NCBI RefSeq assembly: GCF_004010195.1
Contig: NC_057725.1
Location: forward strand, 55,699,312-55,763,311
DNA from: Chiloscyllium plagiosum
Lineage: Eukaryota
Direction: 5' to 3'
DNA length: 64,000 nucleotides
A program made the translations under genes and the position numbers. Numbering within the stretch: position 1 is the stretch's first letter; each line of letters begins with the position of its first letter. This document shows, piece after piece, positions 12,288 to 22,640 of the stretch. The notes under the pieces were generated by a model. That model was not told where the DNA came from. It saw only the letters and a program-made list of their open reading frames with translations, and did no database searches.

Positions 12288-13036
12288 TGTGAGAAACAAA
12301 GCTCACACACTTCAATAATTGCAGTCCGAGACAAAATCTGAATCAGTAGTGTCCTTTATTTTTACACTTGCAAGTGGGTGTGATGTCCAGTGCCAAGCAA
12401 GGCAGAGGACATACACACCAAATTCAACAAACTCTCGATATTTATATAATTTGGTTCCTACATATTTTTTTCTTATTTCATTGTTTCCCCCCCTGTTTAC
12501 ATCCTCCACTTCCCTAAGACTGGTCCCACCACTCCTGCTTATCTCTTGCCTTTTCCGGCCTTGTCTGTGACAAAATGCTTTACTCTGGCCTCACAAGGCC
12601 ATTTGACCTCATCCCGCTGCAGGTCATTGTTAGGCATATTCTTTCTTCATCAGTATCTACTCTTTCCATCTGGCTTCTCCCGAAGCCACTCTGATCCCTA
12701 TGACCTCTTTAATTAGGGTTTGTTCCTGTGTCTCTGTAAAAGTGGGGAACAGATGTTCATACCTACTATTTGTACAGGCGTATCTGGCCTAACTTCATCC
12801 CCTCATAACATCTTATCTATTTGCCCATAATATCTACCATTGTTTTGCAATCACATTTCATGCTGACATACAATTTTAGCTAATACAAAAACAATTATAT
12901 ATTTCCTCCACATAGTTTCCATTCTTGTTGACTCAGCTCCCGGCCAAAACAACCACACACTGATGTGAGTTCCGTTACTTTGTATCAGAAATTATAATTG
13001 CAGAACTGCAGAAGTAACATTTACCTATATCCCACA
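12288..13036 (-). repeat. ERV 3' LTR (749 bp)
   Basis: Direct repeat of 20869-21615; minus-strand TATAAA at 12441-12446 and AATAAA at 12355-12360. Confidence 0.97.
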
Positions 13037-13055
13037 ATTTCCCCTTTTTCTTTTG
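13037..13055 (-). promoter_or_regulatory. Polypurine tract (PPT)
   Basis: Minus strand AAAAGAAAAAGGGGAAAT immediately before the 3' LTR. Confidence 0.9.
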
Positions 13056-13084
13056 TTACCATTTATTACCTTCTGCATTTTTTT

Positions 13085-15196
13085 TTAAACATCGCCCCCG
13101 AAATTCACTAGCATCATTCCGGAGATTTCATCCATTTTGATCTCACTCATCTCCTCATCATTTAGTCGATAAAGTTCCTCTGTCTGATTCCCTTTTCGGG
13201 GCATCTGTTTCATCAAGGCTGTTTCAATCTGTCTTTGGGTGAGCCCTCGTATACAGGGTATGATACAACAGCCAATGGCCACCAATACCCCAACTACTAC
13301 TATTGGGGAAGTAAGGATAGAAACCTCCACCCCCTTCCATCTTCCAAACCATGATTCAAGCCATCCCGTGAGAGATGTGTCTACTCCTGAATTCTCAGCC
13401 AGTTCCTCTGCTAAGGTAGTCAATCCCCTCAAGGCCCAAGTAATTGAACCATCAGGTGCAGTGTTATTAGGAAAAAAGGTACAACAGCTTCCTCTTAACA
13501 TCACACACACACCCTTTTTCTGCTAAAATCATATCAAGGGCCATTCTGTTTTCCCATGCCATCCTACTTGTCGCATCAAGCTGTTCTGATATTACTTTAA
13601 CCGCATCTCTTGTATAATTTATAAATCGCTGTTGATTATAGAAAATGTAATTTATCCAATCTACATTTTTATTAATTGTTACCCACCAAAAGAGAGCTGA
13701 CTCAAAGCCTGCTGCAATCTGGTTCCGAGCCTTGAATTCATCAGGTACTCCCCTAGGGACTCCTACCGAATCGAGATAAATCCTGTCATTGAAAGAAGTG
13801 TCTAACAATAATCTCTTACCCCTTCCCCTTTTCCCTACTATCTTTTCCTTCTCAAATGGCAGGGTAAATGGAATTGCCAATTGTACAATTGCACATATCC
13901 CTTTCCAATCGGGAGGTAGCGTGGGTCTCAATATTTTGCCTCCACAGTACCACCACAGATCCGCTCGGGGAATCTTTAGTGCTGAGTAGTTCCCTCCCTT
14001 CTCCATTTTGGTAACATTCTTAATCTCTGTACATAATTTCAGCTCCCCCAAATCTCTCGACCGACTTGTACCTCGCCTGTGCACACATGACGTGTGATTT
14101 CCAACTGCGGCGGAAAATGTGGGGGGGACTTTTGCATCTTTCTTCTCCAAGGGAGGGAACATCAGAGATAGGGAGGTACAATTCCTATCATTCCATGCAG
14201 TCTCATCCTGATGCAGGGCTATCATACATTTCATGCCCTTCCTGTCTCGCTTCCACCCAAGCGGAAAGGGAACCACCTGGGCCACTGGCCTACCGGAAGC
14301 ACATGCATAGCAATTGCTTTTGTTCAGACTTTTTACAGTATACTTTACCCATTCAACCCAGGAATTTGGATCCCCGTACCCAGTTTCTATTTCGATGGTC
14401 TGTTTCAAGTCCTTTACCTCTATAATTTTTACTACTTTAGGATCATCGGGAGGGGTGAAAGGTTGTATCTTATTACCCAGTAGTTCCGCCCATTCTCCCT
14501 GTCCTACGCTAATTCGAAAACAACAGCCCAAGAAATCCTTCTCATTTGCTTTCATTTCAATCCCAAATGTTTCATTTAATTGTATCTCATAGGTGCTGCC
14601 CCCCCCCCCCCCCCCCCACCAAGTTTTGGAAAAACTAATCAATTTTGCTTCCAATTTCCACTTTGCCCTTGCCTTTATCAGGTCTATCTCTGACTTGTTA
14701 ATCCCTTTCTTGACATCTCTGTTTCCATTTCTGAGGAAGGGCTGGCTACCGATATCCATTACAAACCCACTGACTGCCACAGTTACCTCAAATATACAAC
14801 CTTGTGCTTTGCTTCCTGTAAGGACTCCATCCCATTCTCCAAGTTTCTCTGTCTCATTTGCATCTGTTGTGATGCCACCTTCCATAGGGGGGGGCCTTAG
14901 AAATGTCTACCTTACTCCTCAAATGATGATTACAACAACTGTGGTTGATACGGTTTTTAGTTGTGTTTGACCCATCTCCCATACTTCTGTCCTCACCCTT
15001 TCCCTTCCCTTGCACAACAATGATAGGGTCTCCATTTATCACACAGCAGCCTCCGCATCCAAAGAATCAGAAGCTCCTATTTCGGTGAACTCCAGCCATG
15101 ACCAGACTCACATTCCCCTCCCTCCATTGTCCGATTTCCACAAGGATTATTCCCTTTCAGACACCCTGGTCTACTCCTCCTCCACTCCCAACACCG
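13085..15196 (-). pseudogene. env: ERV envelope, gamma-type, frameshifted and N-terminally deleted
   Basis: ORF 13467-14885 has CYAC (CxxC), furin site RGRGKR and ISD WENRMALDMILAEKG; ORF 13085-13510 has CVMLRGSCC (CX6CC) and a hydrophobic TM; an upstream Cys/sequon-rich frame extends to about 15196. Confidence 0.93.
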
Positions 15197-18100
15197 GTGA
15201 ATTCAAGGGGCGGAGTCTGTGCCAATAAACCCTGTTTCCTGACGAAAGACAAAGAGGAGGACAAGCTCAGTATATAGTTCTTTAAAAACAATTCTTTAGT
15301 TTCCCAGATAAGGTAATCCAAATAAAATTTCATAGGGGGATAGTCCCAAATCTTTCCTTGGGGCTGTTCGTACTCGCAAGAGAGCTATAGGTAAACATTG
15401 GTTCCAAGGGAGTCTGATTTCTATTATCAATTTAGAGAGCTGTCGTTTGAGTGTTTGGTTCATTCTCTCAACCCTTCCCGATGATGGCGGATGCCATGGA
15501 GTATGGAACTCCCAGGAAATTCCCAACCCCTTCATTACCCCCTGTAACACTTTAGAGGTAAAATGAGTTCCTTGGTCGGAATCTATACAGTTCACTAACC
15601 CATATCGGGGAATTATGTGCTCTAATATTGTTTTAGACCCCCCACTCGCAGTGGCGGTAGCTAGGGGGTATGCCTCAACCCAACCAGATAGATGATCTAC
15701 TATGACAAGCATATATTTTAATCTTCCTACTCTGGGTAGTTCAGTATAATCTACTTGTATACTCTGGAAGGATCTCAATCCTGGGTCTCTTCCTCCCGGG
15801 GTCTGTTTTCTCAAGACTTTTTTATTTACTTTTCTGCATATTATACATCTCTCACATATTTGATTAGCAATTGTATATATTCCTTTACATCCATAATTCC
15901 GTAAGAACTAAATCACACATTGCTTGTACTCCCCAATGACTGCCTTGGTGTAGGACAGCCATAATCTCTCGCATCATCATTTTGTTTAACGTTTCCCTTC
16001 CATCAGGTAACCTCCAATGGCAGTCTGCTGTTTTTGCAGCCCCTAAATGTCTCAATTCTTTTTCTTCTCTTTCAGTAAATATAGGAGCTTCCCTAGGACC
16101 TGGGACAGTAGGTATTAGGGAATGAATCACTACTTCTTGTGGGTTCAGGGCGGGTTCCTTAGCCACTTCATCGGCTAATCTATTTCCCCTAACTTCTGGT
16201 TCATTTCCTTTCTGATGACCATTTACGTGCACTACAGCTATCTCTCGGGGGAGTAATAGGGATTCCAAGACCCGTTTAATCAATTCTTCATGAACTAATT
16301 CCTTCCCCTGGCTATTGATTAGTCCTCTTTCCTGCCATATCTTTCCGAAAGTGTGCACAACACCAAATGCATATTTAGAGTCAGTGTATACTGTTCCCTC
16401 TTTATTTTCTAATGCCCTAAGGGCTCTTTCCAATGCATAGAGTTCACAGGTCTGAGCTGACCACCCATTTGGCAACCTTCCTGCCTCCACCACACTACCT
16501 TTTGTCCCATCTACGACTGCATACCCATTATGTCTTTTCCCTTCAGTCACCCAGGATGATCCGTCTATAAAATGTCTAGCCCCTGCATGAAGCGGAACAT
16601 CTCTCAGGTCCATGCGGACCTTAGTTTGGTATTCTATAATGTCAAGGCAGTCGTGTCCTGGATTCTGAGGAGAGTCTCCTTCCCCTTTCCAAAGAAAGGC
16701 AGCTGGATTTAAACAATTGTCAGTGACCAACACTAGATCATCATTTTCTATTAATATCGCCTCATATTTCAGAATCCGTGAGTCTATCAACCATCGCCCA
16801 GCTTTTTGGTTTAGGATCGTTCTCACTTGGTGTGGGGTGCTCACTACTAGGGCTCCCCCAAATGTAAGCTTTCTGCTTTCCTCCACCAACAGTGCAGTGG
16901 CAGCCACAGCCTGCACACACTCAGGCCATCCCCAGGATACTGGATCCAATAGCTTCGAAAGATATGCTACTGGCTGTCTCATCCCTCCTCACCTCCTGAG
17001 TTAATACTCCCAAAGCCGCTCCCTTATCTACGGTAGCAAAGAGGTGGAAAGGTTTATCTAGGGAAGGTAAGGCTAACACGGGGGCATGAATCAGATCTCT
17101 TTTGAGTTTCTCAACTAGTTCTTTTTCCTCATCATCCCAACTTAGACATTTTGGCTCCCCCTCTAATAGTTTGAGATATAATTTCCTAGTCTTCTGAGCA
17201 TAGGAATCTATCCACAATCTGCAATATCCCGTTAGACCCAAAAATTTGCGTAACTCCCGTTTAGTGCTGGGCAGTGGCATCCCCATTATTCCCTCTATCT
17301 GTTCCGGGCTTATCTTTCGCTTGCCCTCACTCACTAAATGTCCCAAGTATTTTACTTCTTGCTCCACATATTGTAATTTGTTTTTAGATAATCGCAGTCC
17401 TTGCTGACCCAGGAAATTCAATAATTTGTTAGTGGTTTCTACTACTCTTTCTCTTCTTTTTCCTGTTACTAAGAGGTCGTCTACATACTGCAACAGGGTA
17501 GTCCCCTTGGGGTTGCTAAATTTCTCCAATATTTGTTCTAACATCTGTCAAAGTAAATTCGGGGATTCCGTAAACCCCTGGGGGAGCACAGTCCACCAGT
17601 ATTGCTGTTTCTGTCCTGTCTTAGGGTCTTCCCATTCAAAGGCGAACAAGTTCCTACTTTCCTCCGCCAAGGGACAGGCCCAAAAGGAATCCTTTAAATC
17701 TATCACACTAAACCATTTGTGGTCATGAGGGATCTTACTTAATAACGTATAGGGGTTTGGCACCACTGGGTGCCTGATCTGTACTATTCGATTTAATGTT
17801 CTCAAATCCTGCACCAATCGATAAGTTCCATCAGATTTCCGCACTGGTAGAATTGGGGTATTATAAGGAGACATGCATGGCTCCAACAGCCCATCTCTAA
17901 TCAGTCCTTCAATTACTGGCTGCAGTCCTCGTTTACCTTCTATGGAAATAGGATATTGTTGCTCACAGACAATGTCCCCTTTCCGTTTTAAATTTATTAG
18001 AAGGGGAGGGATCTGTAGTTTTCCACGATTCCCTTCTCTAGCCCATACAATAGGGTCTATCTCTCTCTCCACATCCTCTGTCAACATTGCCATTTGTACA

Positions 18101-18931
18101 ACTAATTCTTTTTCCTGAATTCCAATCTCCAGTCCTAAGAGGATAATTAAGTCTCTCCCTAGTAAGTTACTTCCTATATCAGGGATATACAGCAGTTCCC
18201 CTATGACCCTATCCTTAGGACCTTCTATCATCATAGGTTCAAATACTGGGACAGTAAATCCCTCCCCTTTCACCCCAGAAACAGTAATTGACTGTGTCAA
18301 CATTTCTACTTTCTTTGGTTTAAAATGCAGCGATGACCGTGCTGCCCCTGTATCTACTAGGGAGACTACCTCTTCCCTACANNNNNNNNNNNNNNNNNNN
18401 NNNNNNNNNNNNNNNNNNNNNNNNNNNNNNNNNNNNNNNNNNNNNNNNNNNNNNNNNNNNNNNNNNNNNNNNNNNNNNNNNNNNNNNNNNNNNNNNNNNN
18501 NNNNNNNNNNNNNNNNNNNNNNNNNNNNNNNNNNNNNNNNNNNNNNNNNNNNNNNNNNNNNNNNNNNNNNNNNNNNNNNNNNNNNNNNNNNNNNNNNNNN
18601 NNNNNNNNNNNNNNNNNNNNNNNNNNNNNNNNNNNNNNNNNNNNNNNNNNNNNNNNNNNNNNNNNNNNNNNNNNNNNNNNNNNNNNNNNNNNNNNNNNNN
18701 NNNNNNNNNNNNNNNNNNNNNNNNNNNNNNNNNNNNNNNNNNNNNNNNNNNNNNNNNNNNNNNNNNNNNNNNNNNNNNNNNNNNNNNNNNNNNNNNNNNN
18801 NNNNNNNNNNNNNNNNNNNNNNNNNNNNNNNNNNNNNNNNNNNNNNNNNNNNNNNNNNNNNNNNNNNNNNNNNNNNNNNNNNNNNNNNNNNNNNNNNNNN
18901 NNNNNNNNNNNNNCAGGAACCCCTGACACCC
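15197..18931 (-). pseudogene. pol: ERV pro-pol (protease, RT, RNase H, integrase), disrupted
   Basis: LVDTGA protease; LPQG and YVDD RT; FIDGSS, ELYAL and YTDSKY RNase H; HQGSH..CIIC zinc-binding motif; VDY, DSDQGTHF and GRVERMN DDE integrase; in-frame TGA near 17548, frameshifts, N gap. Confidence 0.96.
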
Positions 18932-20553
18932 CTATTCTTCATCAAAATTCATAAGCGGAATTGCCCTTTCTTCCCTTTTGTAGATCAGGACACTCCCGCT
19001 TAAAATGCCCTATCTTCCCACAATAATAGCATCCTGCCTGTGGAGACCTCCATCTCTGCCCCTGTCTCTCGAACCCTCTTTCAAATGCTCCCCCTTGTCC
19101 TCTCCTCCTTCCTCTCTGTCCAACATGCTGCCACCCGCTACTCCGGTTGCTCACTATTGGTTCCATTCTTTTCTTAACTACCTCATCAACCGTAGCTACC
19201 ATCATTTTCACCTTCTGTTTTTGTCTCTCATTCTCCCTCTTTACAAACACTTTCTGTGCCTTTCTTAACAATTCATCTAATGGTTTTTCACTCCTTCTAT
19301 CTTCTGTATCTTTCTCTGTATGTCTGGCCATGCCTTTGTCACAAAATGTACTTTCAAAAGACCCTGTGCCACTGGGTCCTCAGGGTTCATTCCAGAATCT
19401 TTCCGCATTGAGTCCCTTAATCTTTGCAAGAAAGCTGAGGGAGTCTCATCTTTCTCCTGTCTAACTTCAAAGGCTTTAGTCAAATTCTGTGACTTCGGCA
19501 CTGCCTCTCTTATTCCTTTTAGAACTAAGTCTTTCAATTCCCTCATTTCTTCTCTATGCTCCAGGTTTTGGTTTTCCCACTGGGGTTCTCTGAGGGGAAA
19601 CTTCACCTCTCCCTGTCCAGCATCCCCATCTCCAATCGGGTGTTCCCTGTCCCATATTTTAATGGCGGCTCCTCATATAAGTCCCCTTTCTTCCCCAGTA
19701 AATAGTATATTCAAAATAGACATTAACTCAGCCCAGGTATACAGACTTGGCCCCAAATATTGATCAATTTGTTCAGACAACCCCACCAGATTCTCAACCA
19801 GGACCTTCATTTCCTTTTTAAATGTTCTGACCTCCCCACTGGTGAGGGGGGCACTTACAAACCCAATCTCTTTGTCACCTATTGGTACCTCCTGAAGGGG
19901 ATAAGTCGTTACGTTCTTCCCCTTTTTTCTTTTGTTTACCCCCCCTTAGGCTTTGATTTAGATCCTCCGGAGGCCTCCTCTACATCTACTGTAGCTTCCC
20001 TTTCTTTTGCTGAGGATTGAGGGTCAGGAACAACAACATCCCCGTCCACCGCCCCCTCATCCTCCTCTTGTGAATCATCCGTTCCCTGTCCCTGTCTGTC
20101 TGTCTCTCCTCCTCCCCCATGTCCACCTAACCTGATTTTATGGTACGGGGGGGGGGGGCAAACAGCCAAGAGGATCCCAGGGACTAGGTGGGACAGAGGA
20201 GGAATCCTTTGTCTTTACTACCATCATTCCCAAACTGCCCTTCCAACAGGATGTATAGTCCACCTCCTCTTGACTAAAAGGTTGTTTTTTATTCACATTC
20301 AAATCTAAATACTGACAGACCCAATCCTCATCCGAACCATACTTTGGCCAGAAGACAGCCGGACGAAGGGTTGGGTCTTTGGTCCATACTAAAGAACAAT
20401 ATTTAATCATTTTCTTTTTATCTTTTGCCCTTGTCCAAGTATTACTTGTCCATTCCCGCAACATCCTCCCCAACGGACATTCAGGAGGAATGTTACCAGG
20501 GAGTTTTTCTTCTTCTTCCTTTACTCCGTGACAGCTACTCTGCCTACCCCCAT
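18932..20553 (-). pseudogene. gag: ERV gag, frameshifted
   Basis: MG-type start near 20553 (reconstructed MGGRQSS); matrix FWPKYGS; PPPY late domain; MHR VRQEKDETPSAFLQRL; single CCHC finger CYYCGKIGHFKREC; ends FDEE-TAG at 18934-18932. Confidence 0.93.
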
Positions 20554-20632
20554 TTCCCGGGGCCCTCGCTAGTCCCTCAGCGAGTAAATACCCCTTTTCC
20601 CGGCCACCAAGGCAATACTTAAAAGTCATGTC

Positions 20633-20641
20633 TCTTACCTT
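20633..20641 (-). promoter_or_regulatory. Putative ERV major splice donor in the leader
   Basis: Minus strand AAG|GTAAGA between the PBS and the gag start. Confidence 0.55.
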
Positions 20642-20849
20642 GGTCTGTGCACAGAGTTGCCTGGCCCCTTGTCGCCGGATGTTTTATCGAGCTCCTATTA
20701 CTGTCTGATTCAGATGTCTCTCTTGTGGGATCCGTACCAGTCGCCCAAGGGAGCGGACCAAACCAGGACACGAGACCGCTCATCAATAGAAAACGGGATG
20801 CGTCTTCCCAGTGTCCAAGGCCAGCCACTCCCCCCAGCGATGGAAGAAA

Positions 20850-20866
20850 ATCCTGGACAGCCCCCA
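20850..20866 (-). promoter_or_regulatory. Primer binding site, tRNA-Pro type
   Basis: TGGGGGCT-GTCCAGGAT, 2 nt after the 5' LTR; matches the tRNA-Pro PBS TGGGGGCTCGTCCGGGAT with one deletion and one mismatch. Confidence 0.88.
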
Positions 20867-20868
20867 AT

Positions 20869-21615
20869 TGTGAGAAACAATGCGCACACACTTCAATAAT
20901 TGCAGTCCGAGACAAAATCTGAATCAGTAGTGTCCTTTATTTTTACACTTGCAAATGGGTGTGATGTCCAGTGCCAAGCAAGGCAGAGGACATACACACC
21001 AAATTCAACAAACTCTCGATATTGATATAATTTGGTTCCTACATATTTTTTTCTTATTTCATTGTTTCCCCCCCGTTTACATCCTCCACTTCCCTAAGAC
21101 TGGTCCCACTACTCCTGCTTATCTCTTGCATCCGGCCTTGTCTGTGACAAAATGCTTTACTCTGGCCTCACAAGGTCGTTTGACCTCATCCCGCTGCAGG
21201 TCATTGTTAGGCATATTCTTTCTTCATCAGTATCTACTCTTTCCATCTGGCTTCTCCCGAAGCCACTGATCCCTATGACCTCTTTAATTAGGGTTTGTTC
21301 CTGTGTCTCTGTAAAAGTGGGAAACAGATGTTCATACCTACTATTTGTACAGGCGTATCTGGCCTAACTTCATCCCCTCACAACATCTTATCTATTTGCC
21401 CATAATATCTACCATTGTTTTGCAATCACGTTTCATGCTGACATACAATTTTATCTAATACAAAAACAATTATATATTTCCTCCACATAGTTTCCATTCT
21501 TGTTGACTCAGCTCCCGGCCAAAACAACCACACACTGATGTGAGTTCATTTACTTTGTATCAGAAATTATAATTGCAGAACTGCAGAAGTAACATTAGTT
21601 TACCTATATCCCACA
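20869..21615 (-). repeat. ERV 5' LTR (747 bp)
   Basis: About 97-98% identical to the 3' LTR by eye (roughly 14 substitutions and 4-5 small indels); adjacent to the PBS. Confidence 0.97.
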
Positions 21616-21620
21616 CGGAC

Positions 21621-21908
21621 CAGTCAAACTGAGTACGTTCTTCAACAATGCACATTTCAGCACTCTACACCATCATCCCACACGATGACTATACCGCAAC
21701 AACAGCCTCAGTAGTCAATACCAACAACTGCCAACCTCTGAGCACTATCCTACAAATTATCCGCTTCATTCTTGAACACGTTTTCACCTTTGACAACCAG
21801 TTCTTCATCCAGCCACGCAAAACTAATAGGGATGGAGGAGCAGCGCTCTGAAAGCTAGTGCTTCTAAATAAACTTATTGGACTATAACCTGTTGTTGTGA
21901 TTTTTAAC
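21621..21908 (+). mobile_element. Right part of the interrupted Penelope-like element: RT remnant plus family 2 end
   Basis: ISALYTIIPHDD..ILQIIRFILEHVFTFDNQFFIQ resembles the PLE RT motif (SLYTxIP..FxF); followed by GGAGCAGCGCTCTGAAAGCTAGTGC. Confidence 0.75.
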
Positions 21909-22119
21909 CAGGGCTATAAGAATATTAGTAGTGGCTGCAGTTTCTGAATTTCCCATTTGCACTGACAGGAAAATCAAAAAGTATCTTTCTGTTGTCAATC
22001 ATACAGAGAGATACCAAGTACATGTTTACAGTATCTTGCTACAGCCTTTATTGCTAATAATAAACGATTCCTGGAGCTCGTTGCTCTGTCTTACCCACTC
22101 TGCATCCTGATAAAGCTGA

Positions 22120-22640
22120 CGACAACTTGTGACCAATGAGATGAAGGGTTATTCAACCGGCTGTTCCTATTGGCTCGAGCGTGTCCAATGATATTGGGGC
22201 GTGCCGGCGCATGTCCTTTATGTCTGAGTGTCACGTCGAGGCTCGTTCTTTTAGCGTCCGACGCCCACTGTGTGAGGAGAGACCAGAGGCCAGGCCTGCT
22301 CCTGCTCCGCTCCCGACTGCCTCACCCGGCCCGTCAGGTGAGTTCACCGCATTTTTCCCCCGGTCCTCTTCGTCACATCAGACCGGTGGCCCCGGAGGTA
22401 GCCTCATCCCTCCACTGCCGAGGCCTTGTCGGCGGAGGGCCGCCGCGTACCCGAAGGGAACGGGGATCAGCCGGAAGTGGAGGCCGCGCGGTCTCTCCAC
22501 GTGCCCTTGGGCCTGCTCGATTGTGCCGGCGCCGCCGCGTTCCTTTTTGGAATGTAAGCGGCGCCTGCGTTCCATGGCGCGCGGGCCACGGGGTCGGCTC
22601 CAGGCGCTGTCCCTGCAAAAGCACCTTTTCGATACTCCCC
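22120..22640 (+). promoter_or_regulatory. RPLP2: RPLP2 CpG-island promoter and non-coding exon 1 (about 22248-22337)
   Basis: Several CCAAT/ATTGG boxes at 22133-22197; pyrimidine initiator TTCTTTT near 22246-22252 (5'TOP-like); donor CAG|GTGAGT at 22337/22338; GABP-type CCGGAAGT at 22471; YY1-like ATGGCG near 22574. Confidence 0.8.

Larger units (their letters stand above)
12288..21615 (-). mobile_element. Endogenous retrovirus, two-LTR provirus (gamma-like/class I), defective
   Basis: Two roughly 750-bp TG..CA LTRs; TSD CGGAC at 12283-12287 and 21616-21620; PBS, PPT and gag-pro-pol-env order on the minus strand. Confidence 0.97.

Noticed and set aside
18203-19003. Long ORFs spanning 18382-18913
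   Set aside because: Artefacts of the N gap
20138-20629. Upstream in-frame ATG as a glyco-Gag-like extension
   Set aside because: More simply explained by a 1-nt deletion in the G-run of the MG start; the extension has no hydrophobic signal anchor
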